This document shows positions 18,333-27,237 of a DNA stretch of 32,000 bases, piece by piece (the first letter of the stretch is position 1; each line of letters begins with the position of its first letter). The DNA is taken from contig NZ_JBHUMM010000023.1 of NCBI RefSeq assembly GCF_042685085.1, positions 33,157 through 65,156 of the forward strand, in the 5' to 3' direction. The DNA comes from Marinicrinis sediminis (lineage in GTDB: Bacteria > Bacillota > Bacilli > Paenibacillales > KCTC-33676). A program made the position numbers and the translations under genes. A model generated the notes under the pieces. The model saw nothing but the letters and a program-made list of their open reading frames with translations. It did no database searches and was not told where the DNA came from.

Positions 18333-18361
18333 AATATATCATTGGTCCTGTTTGATGTCAA
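18333..18361 (-). promoter_or_regulatory. sigma-A promoter of the csp gene (consensus -35 TTGACA, 17 nt, extended -10 TGaTATATT)
   Basis: The minus strand reads TTGACA-TCAAACAGGACCAATGA-TATATT, leaving a 5' UTR of about 50 nt. Confidence 0.55.
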
Positions 18362-18449
18362 TGTCCTTTCCACGCCGATCAAGCCCAAAATTATCTGAAA
18401 ATTCGACTATTTACATCTTCTTCTCAAAATGAAAGCTTGTTTTCATTGG

Positions 18450-18546
18450 TTATGCACAGATTTATCCACATTATCCACAGGTAGTTGCATCGGATTTGCA
18501 CACAATGCGGGGGTCAGTTGTCCACATCAGGTTAACTTTATCCACA
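18450..18546 (+). promoter_or_regulatory. cluster of five co-oriented DnaA boxes
   Basis: The boxes are TTATGCACA (18450-18458), TTATCCACA (18462-18470), TTATCCACA (18471-18479, directly abutting), TTGTCCACA (18518-18526) and TTATCCACA (18538-18546). Four fit TTATNCACA exactly and one has a single mismatch. Confidence 0.7.
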
Positions 18547-18576
18547 AAAAAAGACCCCTCTGTAGATAAAGGGGTC
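18546..18576 (-). terminator. rho-independent terminator ending the glycan operon
   Basis: The stem GACCCCT / AGGGGTC with a 10-nt loop is followed by TTTTTTT on the minus strand. It lies 4 nt after the aminotransferase stop. Confidence 0.7.
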
Positions 18577-18580
18577 ATGT

Positions 18581-19777
18581 CTACTTGTGATACACGAACG
18601 CTACTTTTTTAACGGCTTCAATGACATCATTTACATCCTCAGCTGTCATACCCGGGAAGATTGGAAGGGTCAGAGCGTGCTGATACCACTCTTCCGCTAC
18701 TGGACACAGTCCCCTTGCATAACCGAGTTGCTCGTAATAAGGATGCCAATACACTGGAATATAATGGACATGTACACCGATATTTTCTGCTCGCAACGCC
18801 TCGAAAAATTCTCTCCTGGAAGCTCGGAATGCCTCCGGATTCAATTGCAATGAATACAAGTGCCATGCCGATTCTGTTTCCGTCAACTGCTTGGGCACAA
18901 TGAGTCCGTCTATCTGTTCAAATGCAGTCGTATAAGCCTCGGCGATAGCTCTGCGTTGCTGAGTGAAACTGAACAGCTTTCTGAGCTGCGAGCGGCCGAG
19001 AGAAGCTTGGATATCGGTCATCCGATAATTGTAGCCCAGTTCCTGCATTTCATAGTACCAGGCACCTTCCCGGTCTATCACAGTTGCATCGCGAACGATA
19101 CCGTGAGAGCGAAAGCTTCTCAGCTGTGAAGCCACGCTTTCATCGTGAGTCGTAATCACACCGCCCTCTCCAGCGGTCACTGGCTTGACAGGATGGAAGC
19201 TGAACATCGCCATGTTGGAAGATGACCCAATTGGTTGCCCCTGATGAGACGCTCCCAAAGCATGTGCAGCATCCTCAATCAACTGCAATCCATATCTGTT
19301 TGTCAGAGCACGCAAGGCTGTGAGGTCACAGGGCTGCCCCGTAAAGTGTACCGCCATAATCGCTTTTGTGCGAGATGTAATAGCCTGCTCAACGCTAGAC
19401 GGGTCCAGATTATAGGTTTGTGGATCAATATCTGCGAATACCGGTCGGCCTCCACAATAAAGGACACAATTCGAACTGGCTGCAAAGGTAATGGGACTCG
19501 TAATGACTTCATCACCCTCTGTGATCCCCGCAACATGGCATGCGGCATGCAGCGCAGCCGTGCCGTTCGCAAAAGCGATGGCATCGCCAGCTCCCACTTC
19601 CTCGGCGACTGCTTGTTCAAATGCTTCAATTGCAGGTCCTTGTGTGAGATAGGGACTGCGCAATGTATCTACCACATGTGCGATGTCCTCCTCATCCAGC
19701 CATTGGCGTCCATATGGAAGCATGGTGCTTCGTATCGGGACACCGCCATGAATCGCCAGCGTGTTCAGATTTGTCAT
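18581..19777 (-). CDS. pseC: DegT/DnrJ/EryC1/StrS-family PLP aminotransferase, PseC-like (UDP-4-keto-6-deoxy-HexNAc 4-aminotransferase)
   Basis: The ORF has LPYGRQWLDEEDIAHVVDTLRSPYLTQGPAIEAFEQAV, FANGTAALHAA and FSFHPVKPVTAGEGG (PLP lysine). The ATG at 19777 (MTNLNTL) lies 9 nt after AGAGGA. The GTG at 19822 and the internal MLPYGRQ are alternative starts. Confidence 0.8.
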   Translation of the reverse strand: MTNLNTLAIHGGVPIRSTMLPYGRQWLDEEDIAHVVDTLRSPYLTQGPAIEAFEQAVAEEVGAGDAIAFANGTAALHAACHVAGITEGDEVITSPITFAASSNCVLYCGGRPVFADIDPQTYNLDPSSVEQAITSRTKAIMAVHFTGQPCDLTALRALTNRYGLQLIEDAAHALGASHQGQPIGSSSNMAMFSFHPVKPVTAGEGGVITTHDESVASQLRSFRSHGIVRDATVIDREGAWYYEMQELGYNYRMTDIQASLGRSQLRKLFSFTQQRRAIAEAYTTAFEQIDGLIVPKQLTETESAWHLYSLQLNPEAFRASRREFFEALRAENIGVHVHYIPVYWHPYYEQLGYARGLCPVAEEWYQHALTLPIFPGMTAEDVNDVIEAVKKVAFVYHK

Positions 19778-19814
19778 GACCAGACATCCTCTCTGTGATC
19801 CGTTCATTCCTGTT

Positions 19815-20762
19815 TCACGCACGGGTGAAACGTCTGATCCATTCTTCGGTTCTGCGAATCCCTTCGGTTAGAGGGGTTGTCGCTTCCCACCCCAGCAATT
19901 GCTTCGCTTTCTCCGGATTACAGAGCAGCTTCTGGATCTCGCTCTGTGGATGAATATGAGGAACATGCTTAATCTCGGAATGATCCTGTGCGATCAGTTG
20001 AGCGAGTTCGTTAATGGCTATGTCCTGTCCCGTTCCTGCATGTACGACCTGCCCATTTACGCGATCCGAGTATCCCGCTGAGACAACAAAGTCGGCGCAA
20101 TCTTCGACATAGAGCAGATCACGGGTCTGAGTGCCATCTCCATATATTTGTATGTCTGCACCTAACAGCTTCTGATGAACGAAAATAGAGACTACGCCAC
20201 CCTCACCGCTTGTCTTCTGATAAGGTCCATACGTATTAAAAGGTCTTACGACGACTGCAGGTAGGCCGTACGCATGAAAATAGGACAAAGTCATGCTTTC
20301 AGCGGCAATCTTGGCACCTGCGTATGGCGAAGCAGGCTTTACCGGATGTGCTTCTGTAAGGCCAGAAGCCTCGGTACAACGTTCATATACCATACAGGTA
20401 CTCATTAGAACCATTTTGGTATGATGCTTTCTACAGGCTTCCAGCACGCAGAACGTTCCGACTGTATCATTCTGAAACGTGGTCTTTGGGTCATCAATCG
20501 AATCCTGTACGTTAATCGAAGCACCTAAATGGTAGCAAATTTCAAATGAATGTTTCGCAAACAGCTCATCAATCAAAGCCTGATTTTTGATATCCCCGAT
20601 TACAACAGATTGAAGGAACGGATCTGAGCGGAATTCCTCCAAGTTTTTTTCACTGCCATTCGATAAATCATCGATGACAGATACTGCATGTCCGTCTTCC
20701 AGGAGTTTCTTCACGACCCATCTGCCGATAAAACCGGCTCCACCTGTCACTAATACACGCAT
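19815..20762 (-). CDS. NAD-dependent epimerase/dehydratase (extended SDR, GalE/RmlB-like)
   Basis: The ORF has MRVLVTGGAGFIGRWVVKKLL (GxxGxxG), a YAGAK catalytic YxxxK and YGDGTQTRDLLYVEDCA. The ATG at 20762 lies 6 nt after GGAAAGGGGA. Confidence 0.85.
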   Translation of the reverse strand: MRVLVTGGAGFIGRWVVKKLLEDGHAVSVIDDLSNGSEKNLEEFRSDPFLQSVVIGDIKNQALIDELFAKHSFEICYHLGASINVQDSIDDPKTTFQNDTVGTFCVLEACRKHHTKMVLMSTCMVYERCTEASGLTEAHPVKPASPYAGAKIAAESMTLSYFHAYGLPAVVVRPFNTYGPYQKTSGEGGVVSIFVHQKLLGADIQIYGDGTQTRDLLYVEDCADFVVSAGYSDRVNGQVVHAGTGQDIAINELAQLIAQDHSEIKHVPHIHPQSEIQKLLCNPEKAKQLLGWEATTPLTEGIRRTEEWIRRFTRA

Positions 20763-20814
20763 AGACAATCCCCTTTCCTGGTAATCAGTATAACGCGTCC
20801 GAAAGGCCTGTGCA

Positions 20815-21618
20815 CTAGAACGCTTTTACTAGCGGAGGTTGCTGGACAGGCAATTCGCCATCTAAAAATCGATCTACCATATCATTTTGAAAGGTGTTGT
20901 AGATCACTCGCAAATGTTGCGGGTGCCAATCGGCAGAGGTAAAAAGCTTGCCAGCCGATTTCTGTGGGATCGCAGATATCACATGTCCCGATCTGATTCG
21001 TTGCACAATTTCAATCAAATCCGCTACGACCTGGACCACGGCACGACATGCCACATCATGAATCCCGTCCCCGTACCTCAGATCCGGAACGGAATGATGA
21101 ATGATATCTCCCCCATCCAGCTTGTGGGTCAACTGATGGATCGTCATTCCTGCCCAGTTGGGTTTCAGGAAGTAGAATGGCCAAAACAGCGTCGTATTGC
21201 CCCTGTACCACGGAGATAATCCGCCATGAATATTCCATGAAATCGGGGGGAGCTTTGCCAGCAAGGGAGCGTGAAGCATATGTACGCCATAAGTAAGTAC
21301 CATGTCGGGTTGCTGCTCCGTCACCCAGTTTTGAACGGCTTCCGTATTGAGTGTTTCAGGACGACAGCGAAAAACTGACAGAGCATGCCCTTCTTCGTCA
21401 ATGGATGGATCGGGAAACCAGGCCTTTTCTGTTTCTTCTCGCTCCTGAAAATGACGGATAAAATTTTGACGATCCTGCTCATGTAAATCATTTGGCGGCT
21501 GTGGAAGCATCGCCTCTCTTTCTTCCACTAACAGCGCATGCAGCAAACCGGCAGAAATCAGCTGATTGGCCACATATCGGTGACGAGGATGGGAACCTGT
21601 CATCAAAAGTACCTTCAT
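20815..21618 (-). CDS. formyltransferase-family protein (Fmt/PurN-like N-terminal domain)
   Basis: The 267-aa ORF has DMVLTYGVHMLHAPLL...WNIHGGLSPWYRGNTTLFWP...HQLTHKLDGGDII. This corresponds to the N..H..(S/G)L(L/S)P.YRG...D catalytic layout of N10-formyl-THF transferases. Its ATGA overlaps the stop of the upstream gene. Confidence 0.7.
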   Translation of the reverse strand: MKVLLMTGSHPRHRYVANQLISAGLLHALLVEEREAMLPQPPNDLHEQDRQNFIRHFQEREETEKAWFPDPSIDEEGHALSVFRCRPETLNTEAVQNWVTEQQPDMVLTYGVHMLHAPLLAKLPPISWNIHGGLSPWYRGNTTLFWPFYFLKPNWAGMTIHQLTHKLDGGDIIHHSVPDLRYGDGIHDVACRAVVQVVADLIEIVQRIRSGHVISAIPQKSAGKLFTSADWHPQHLRVIYNTFQNDMVDRFLDGELPVQQPPLVKAF

Positions 21619-23021
21619 ATCTCAAATGGCTCCATTCGATTGGAATAGGGGCCTTTTAACAGACCCTTCTCGATCAGCAAGTGGATAACCGGTTGCAGAT
21701 CATAGATGTTACCATGACTCTGGCACTTTTCAGCTATTTCCTGCAGGTTATGCTGTCCGTCCGCATAATTCAATATCGTCAATATACGATTTAGCTGCTT
21801 TCTTCCATCTACCAATTGATTGTTGGATTGCCTCAGTATTCCGTTTTGGTTCATATCCGGATACAAGCCATAACGGTCCAGCTTCACCTCGCCATAAGGA
21901 GATTGATTGACGTAATAACCATCCAGTTCCAGTCCCAGAAGAAGGTGCTCTATTTCGTCCGCACTCTTCACTAATGCGTCCATTGTCATTACTTCCTTCG
22001 TGTCTGCGGAGCTATGATATTCCGGAAAACTTGCATGCAGCATACGTGAAATTTGCCCTACTGGCAAGTTGAAACCAGGAGAGTTATATTGCCTTTCGTC
22101 AGATCCATAGTTTGGCGTAAACGGTCTCGTTCGATTTGGGGAGGCTTCAGAGGCAAACAAATGATGCCAGAGCAGGTCAAGTGGGGAATGACCCTGACGA
22201 GACTGCTTATAGCTTAATGGCTCTTGTCCGCCCAAACAGGTCAGGATCATTCCGGCATGCATCCTTGCTTTTAAACCTTTTCCAAACTGATGCAGATAGG
22301 CAATAGAGCCGATCGTCTCAGGTGCGAAAACAAATCGATACGTAAATCTCCGCTTTTGCCATCTGGACAGGCGTTGATACAGCATGGCCGCCGTAATAGG
22401 GCCGCTCAGTTCATTATTTGCCATGGATGGATGGCAAAGATAGGAGCTGATCAGAATTTCTTCCTCGCACTCCCCAGGAAGGATTGCATGTGCATAATTC
22501 ATTTCACCTTCCACGAGCTCACTATCGATATGGGCATGATAACGTCCTGGTTTTAATTGATCATAGATGTCCTGTGTAAGACAAAATCCCCATCTCTCTT
22601 TGTAATAAGACGTGACATAGGGGATAGAATTCGGAAGGACAGGGTTTGTATACAGATGGGATTTTAATTCATCCAAAGTAAAATATCCATCTACCGGAAT
22701 GCTATAGTTCAAAACATGCAGATTATGAGTGTCAAAGTCTGCAATGACTCGTCCTTGCGGATCGGTCAGAGTGGCTGATCGAATGCGCCATTCTTTCGGA
22801 ACCTCCCAGTCAAATAGACGGGTCCCGCTCGCAACCGAAAAATGCTCCAGTGGCATCCATTCCGATAAAATGTCCAGGGACTGTCTTAATCCAGGGCCCG
22901 TAATACTCCTGCAAATGGGGAAGAGACGATCAAATAATTGCTCGATCTGCCACCGTTCCTGCTGCTTGTGGGAAGACGAAGTCAGGTCAATTCGATCTTG
23001 TTCTATAGATGGCCTTTGCAT
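21615..23021 (-). CDS. aminopeptidase-like (M28-fold) domain protein of the DUF2172/DUF4910 type with a C-terminal winged-helix-like tail
   Basis: The 468-aa ORF has LFPICRSITGPGLRQSLDIL, WEVPKEW, SSYLCHPSMANNELSGP and FVFAPETIGSIAYL. This pattern is as I recall it for the COG4310 'polysaccharide biosynthesis protein with aminopeptidase-like domain' family. Confidence 0.65.
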   Translation of the reverse strand: MQRPSIEQDRIDLTSSSHKQQERWQIEQLFDRLFPICRSITGPGLRQSLDILSEWMPLEHFSVASGTRLFDWEVPKEWRIRSATLTDPQGRVIADFDTHNLHVLNYSIPVDGYFTLDELKSHLYTNPVLPNSIPYVTSYYKERWGFCLTQDIYDQLKPGRYHAHIDSELVEGEMNYAHAILPGECEEEILISSYLCHPSMANNELSGPITAAMLYQRLSRWQKRRFTYRFVFAPETIGSIAYLHQFGKGLKARMHAGMILTCLGGQEPLSYKQSRQGHSPLDLLWHHLFASEASPNRTRPFTPNYGSDERQYNSPGFNLPVGQISRMLHASFPEYHSSADTKEVMTMDALVKSADEIEHLLLGLELDGYYVNQSPYGEVKLDRYGLYPDMNQNGILRQSNNQLVDGRKQLNRILTILNYADGQHNLQEIAEKCQSHGNIYDLQPVIHLLIEKGLLKGPYSNRMEPFEI

Positions 23022-23066
23022 GGTCTACCCCCATTTCATTAACTTGATATCTGGTAAGCTGAAAAC

Positions 23067-24125
23067 TCAGGTGTCAAATAAATCCCACGATACTGGTGTG
23101 CCTTTCGATAAACGCTTAGGTACTCGTCTGCCCAGTAGCTCTTCCATATATTTTGGAGCCAGACCCGCTCCCGGGCGGATGGCTCTCACGTGATCCTTGC
23201 TCAGTATTTCACCGGCTTCAATGTCTTGCACGATATATAAGGACCTGCGATGCTTAAGGGCATTCTGCTCCGCTTCAGTAGGCCCGTAATAAATATTTCC
23301 CTTGCTCTGCCATGCTCGCTTCGTCTCCTGAACAAGCGCGCTCATCTCCGAAGGCTCCATGGAAAACTCGGCATCTACCCCGCCATCAGCACGAGAAAGG
23401 GTGAAGTGCTTCTCAATGACGGTGGCACCCAGCATCACACTGCCGACTGCCGTACCGATGCCCATTGTATGGTCAGACAATCCCACCTGACATTGAAAGA
23501 GTGCTTTCATATGAGGGAGGGTCATCAAATTCGAATGTTCAGGTGATGCCGGATAGGTGCTCGTACATTTCAGCAATACAAATTGGGTACAGCCCTGTTC
23601 ACGCAGTGCCCGGACCGTTTCGTCCAGTTCCGCTACTGTCGCCATGCCGGTTGAAACAATAACTGGCTTTCCGGTTTGTGCCACTTTGCGGATTAAAGGC
23701 AAGTCTGTATTCTCGAACGAGGCAATTTTATAGCATGGCACATCAAGGGATTCCAGGAAATCGACCGCGGTATCATCAAATGGGGTACTAAAAGGCACGA
23801 TTCCCAGCTCTAGACACCGATTGAAAATGGGCTCATGCCACTCCCAAGGCGTGTACGCTCTCTGGTACAGATTGTACAGCGATTCACCTTTCCACAAATT
23901 CTGAGGATCCTCAATAAAAAAATCACCCTCATTGATATCCAATGTCATAGTGTCGGCTGTATAGGTCTGGAGCTTCAATGCGTGTACACCAGCAGCGGCT
24001 GCAGCCTCCACGATTTTCAGTGCCCGCTCCAATGAATGGTTGTGATTGCCCGACATTTCTGCAATAATAAACGGCTCATGGCTCTCGCCCACTTTATGGT
24101 CACCAATGGTTATGGTACGATTCAT
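23067..24125 (-). CDS. pseI: pseudaminic acid synthase (NeuB family with C-terminal SAF domain)
   Basis: The ORF has PFIIAEMSGNHNHSLERALKIVEAAAAAGVHALKLQTYTADTMTL, LWKGESLYNLYQRAYTPWEWH, YKIASFE, LLKCTSTYPA, GLSDHT and IEKHFTL. It is collinear with Campylobacter PseI as I recall it. Confidence 0.88.
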   Translation of the reverse strand: MNRTITIGDHKVGESHEPFIIAEMSGNHNHSLERALKIVEAAAAAGVHALKLQTYTADTMTLDINEGDFFIEDPQNLWKGESLYNLYQRAYTPWEWHEPIFNRCLELGIVPFSTPFDDTAVDFLESLDVPCYKIASFENTDLPLIRKVAQTGKPVIVSTGMATVAELDETVRALREQGCTQFVLLKCTSTYPASPEHSNLMTLPHMKALFQCQVGLSDHTMGIGTAVGSVMLGATVIEKHFTLSRADGGVDAEFSMEPSEMSALVQETKRAWQSKGNIYYGPTEAEQNALKHRRSLYIVQDIEAGEILSKDHVRAIRPGAGLAPKYMEELLGRRVPKRLSKGTPVSWDLFDT

Positions 24126-25219
24126 GGCTCCAACCCTCCGCTCAATATTTCTGTCACTTTATTCTGAGTACGTACGTGGTTACTATCCATCATATCCATA
24201 CCCTTGTTCCGCATGTCCTCTCTCAACTCTCGATCCGTCATCAATCGATGCAGAGATGCAGTCACATCTTCAGAAGTCACAGACGCATGCCATCCCAGAG
24301 AGTGGATACCCCCCTGCTTCGCTGCAGCTTGTACGGATTCCACTTGATTGTCGGCCGTTACGGTAATCAGCGAAGGGAGTCCAAGATAACAGCGTTCCCA
24401 CATCGCCACTCCTCCTGCGCCCAATGCCAGATGAGAGCTTGCCATGAAACGAGCCAATTGATTCGTTTGACAGATGTAGCTGGTGTTTAGCATCAATTTG
24501 CATCTGGTTTCGATCGTGCCTCTTGCTGGATTAGACGTCCCTGTCACCACTTGAACATGGAGCCGTGGTTGATCCTGGGCGACTTTCTCCACCGCATCCA
24601 GTGCTTTCATGGTTTCTCCAGTTGGATCACTGCCTCCGTAAAACACCAGCAAACGAAACGCATCTGAATCTGATCGCGTGACATCATGAAGTTTCAATTC
24701 TTTTCTCGCTTCGAAAAATTCCTTCCTTAATAACACAAAGCCGGGGCCCAGCAACTGCATACAATGTTCAGGTACAAGTGCCTGGTAACGGTGATCGGCA
24801 TTCTGATGCAAGTTCTGATCCAAAAGCAAGTCACAATCATGCTTCCGGTTAGCCAGATCATCGATTACCATGATTTTTTTCGTGAACTTTCGCATCTCAA
24901 GTTCCCATACGATATCCAGCTGATAATGATCCACGACCAACCAGTCCCATTGATTGAAGCTGTCCGGCCTCCGTCTTTCCTGCATCAGGCGAGCGGTATG
25001 GACTGCATCAGATAGTGGATCAGAGACGGCTGGCATACTGGCGACTTCAAAGCCTTGTGATTCGAGCCAATCCATCATATGACCTGGCACACGCTGACAA
25101 ATAAATAGCACCCTGGCCTCCGGCATTTTGCGAAGCACATCTTGTGCAAGTGCAGCACATCGCATCACATGTCCTGAACCTATATTTACAGAAGCATCCG
25201 TACGTATAGCCATCTGCAT
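24122..25219 (-). CDS. pseG: PseG-like UDP-2,4-diacetamido-2,4,6-trideoxy-hexose hydrolase (GT-B fold, SpsG-like)
   Basis: The ORF begins MQMAIRTDASVNIGSGHVMRCAALAQ (hallmark RxDxxxxIGxGHxMRC) and has a later GGSDPTG motif. The ATG at 25219 is 1 nt after the upstream stop, and the 3' ATGA overlaps pseI. Confidence 0.75.
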   Translation of the reverse strand: MQMAIRTDASVNIGSGHVMRCAALAQDVLRKMPEARVLFICQRVPGHMMDWLESQGFEVASMPAVSDPLSDAVHTARLMQERRRPDSFNQWDWLVVDHYQLDIVWELEMRKFTKKIMVIDDLANRKHDCDLLLDQNLHQNADHRYQALVPEHCMQLLGPGFVLLRKEFFEARKELKLHDVTRSDSDAFRLLVFYGGSDPTGETMKALDAVEKVAQDQPRLHVQVVTGTSNPARGTIETRCKLMLNTSYICQTNQLARFMASSHLALGAGGVAMWERCYLGLPSLITVTADNQVESVQAAAKQGGIHSLGWHASVTSEDVTASLHRLMTDRELREDMRNKGMDMMDSNHVRTQNKVTEILSGGLEP

Positions 25220-25220
25220 G

Positions 25221-25955
25221 TCAACAGACCGGCTTTTGCTGAATATGGGCATTCAAGCGAGCGACCTCAGGATGTTCCAGCAAATATTGTACAATCTGAG
25301 CAGAAGGAACTTGAACAATATCCGGAATATGTTGAGCCAACGTCTGGCACAATTGATAATCTTCCACGGTATCGACGGTCATTCTCAGATGAGGATGATG
25401 AAGAACGTCCGGCACATGCACGTATGCGAGTTTGAACTGCTCTGGATGCTCATAGGCATAGTAGGTGACGTGTTCACGATGACGGGCTTCCGTCCCCCGT
25501 TCATGTACGGCGAGCAATGCCGAATAACGCATCACTTCCACAGCCAACCCTCGGGGCAGATCGCGATCAAGTGAGATGAGATCCGCGTCTGTATGTGCGA
25601 GTACGCCCATCATTTTGTTGGCTAGCTGAACATCAAGAAATGGACAATCTGCGGTTACCCGTATCACCCAATTTGGTTGATACAACTCCGCACACGCCGC
25701 ATATCTGGACAACACGTCTTCTTCCGAGCCACGAAAACAGGCCACCTGATTCATCTGGCACCACGACGATATCGCATCATCGGCAGGCAATACAGAAGTG
25801 GCCAAGATAACTGCGTCCCCATTTATTTGTCTGCATCGCTGAACCACATGGTCAAGGATGCTGGTTTGACCAAGGGACTTTAGTACTTTGCCCGGCAATC
25901 TTGAAGAGCCCATTCTGGCTTGTATAATAATCAACTTATCTACGCTCTTTTCCAT
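25221..25955 (-). CDS. nonulosonate cytidylyltransferase, SpsF/PseF-like (CTP_transf_3 family)
   Basis: The ORF begins MEKSVDKLIIIQARMGSSRLPGKVLKSLG (P-loop-like RxGSxRLPGK) and contains RVTADCP. The ATG at 25955 lies behind GGAGAAAGGGTGAGGG. The track start at 26021 overlaps the LuxC-like gene. Confidence 0.8.
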   Translation of the reverse strand: MEKSVDKLIIIQARMGSSRLPGKVLKSLGQTSILDHVVQRCRQINGDAVILATSVLPADDAISSWCQMNQVACFRGSEEDVLSRYAACAELYQPNWVIRVTADCPFLDVQLANKMMGVLAHTDADLISLDRDLPRGLAVEVMRYSALLAVHERGTEARHREHVTYYAYEHPEQFKLAYVHVPDVLHHPHLRMTVDTVEDYQLCQTLAQHIPDIVQVPSAQIVQYLLEHPEVARLNAHIQQKPVC

Positions 25956-25965
25956 AAGCAAGCCC

Positions 25966-27237
25966 TCACCCTTTCTCCACTGTGATCCAGCGAACAAATC
26001 GGTCCAGTACCAGCATGCCATCCCATGGCAATTGATAATGATGGGCTTTGCCGACGGGTACGATCCGACTCACTCCTTGAAAACGGACACTGTCCAGCAA
26101 TCGCAGCATATCCTCTTCCTCCAGTTTGTGAGAAATTGTCTGTATGGAAGGAGGCAGAACGTGTCCAATTTCACTCATGTCCTTACTGGGATATACATGT
26201 AAAATATGCAAGCCCTCACCTGTTAGCGGCTCTAACCGGTCGTGGAAATGCAACGTCCATTCCGCTCCTTCGGAGACAAGCAACCGCTCCCCCTTCAGCC
26301 ATGCTCGCGTCCGATAATGAACCACCTTCATCGTTTCCCCGGCATCGAAAGGCTGGGACACATGGCTGCGTAACGGTTTCTGTAAGGCTTCAGCCAGTCG
26401 CCCCCCAGCATCCAGAGAAACTTGTTTGTCTCCTTTTACAATCAAGGCATGCGGAGACGAGCACGCCAACTGATTAAATAACAGCATATCTTGAGCAATC
26501 CTAGTCCAGTCTGCTGTATCCATTTGTGCAGGATCGATTACCGCACAGCTGTATTTGGGTCCGAATATCAATGTTTCACTCTCTGGCTTTCCCGGCAGAG
26601 AGGATACAGCATGCACAGCTTCCCTGCCTCCCCAAGCTACACGCACGTCGCATTGAGCGGCTACCTGTTGATTCCATATCGTATCCTTTCCAGGATAGGA
26701 GACGACCATAACAGACTCTGACATGACTTGTCCGGCTTGTCCGCACTTCGAAAGCTCAGCAAGAAAAGGGCTGATATAATCGATTTGTCTGCTGCTTAAT
26801 TTCACAATCGAGTGATTTTTCGTGAGTATTGCCTGGATAACAGAGATAAGACTTAACAGAGGGACATTTCCAGCCATCCAGTGACCGATCATGCCTCTGG
26901 GAACGGCGGTAACGCTCATCCCCGTCAAGTCCACCACCTGATCAAGCACCTGCTCGTGACGCAGACCTCGTTTCAAGAAACTTCGCAAAGAATCCGGGTG
27001 GATAAAGGTTAATAAATAGGCCAGGCCCACATGGCGAAGTTGACGATGGACGGGATGTTTGGGAGATGCCAAGCGCTGATAAAGCGTGTAGAAAGCTTCG
27101 ACCATGTCGTTGAACTTCAGGTGCCGCACTTGACGCGGTTGCTGTCCAAAATGCTGAAGCCGCTGCTTGAATTCCTCATCGGACAGGGGTTGTTCCTGCT
27201 GCGTTCGCCCCTCTATAAAATGAATGGCATTTACCAT
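25966..27237 (-). CDS. LuxC-family acyl-CoA/acyl-protein reductase (aldehyde-forming)
   Basis: The 423-aa ORF has GHWMAGNVPLLSLISVIQAILTKN and FNQLACSSPHALIV (the position of the acylated Cys in LuxC). It overlaps the upstream gene at ATGGTAA. Confidence 0.78.
   Translation of the reverse strand: MVNAIHFIEGRTQQEQPLSDEEFKQRLQHFGQQPRQVRHLKFNDMVEAFYTLYQRLASPKHPVHRQLRHVGLAYLLTFIHPDSLRSFLKRGLRHEQVLDQVVDLTGMSVTAVPRGMIGHWMAGNVPLLSLISVIQAILTKNHSIVKLSSRQIDYISPFLAELSKCGQAGQVMSESVMVVSYPGKDTIWNQQVAAQCDVRVAWGGREAVHAVSSLPGKPESETLIFGPKYSCAVIDPAQMDTADWTRIAQDMLLFNQLACSSPHALIVKGDKQVSLDAGGRLAEALQKPLRSHVSQPFDAGETMKVVHYRTRAWLKGERLLVSEGAEWTLHFHDRLEPLTGEGLHILHVYPSKDMSEIGHVLPPSIQTISHKLEEEDMLRLLDSVRFQGVSRIVPVGKAHHYQLPWDGMLVLDRFVRWITVEKG

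Noticed and set aside
18380-18546. DnaA-box cluster plus adjacent AT-rich stretch as the chromosomal origin (oriC)
   Set aside because: No dnaA, dnaN, rpmH or other origin-linked genes flank it. There are also no obvious tandem AT-rich 13- to 16-mer unwinding repeats. A secondary DnaA-binding cluster is the more conservative reading.
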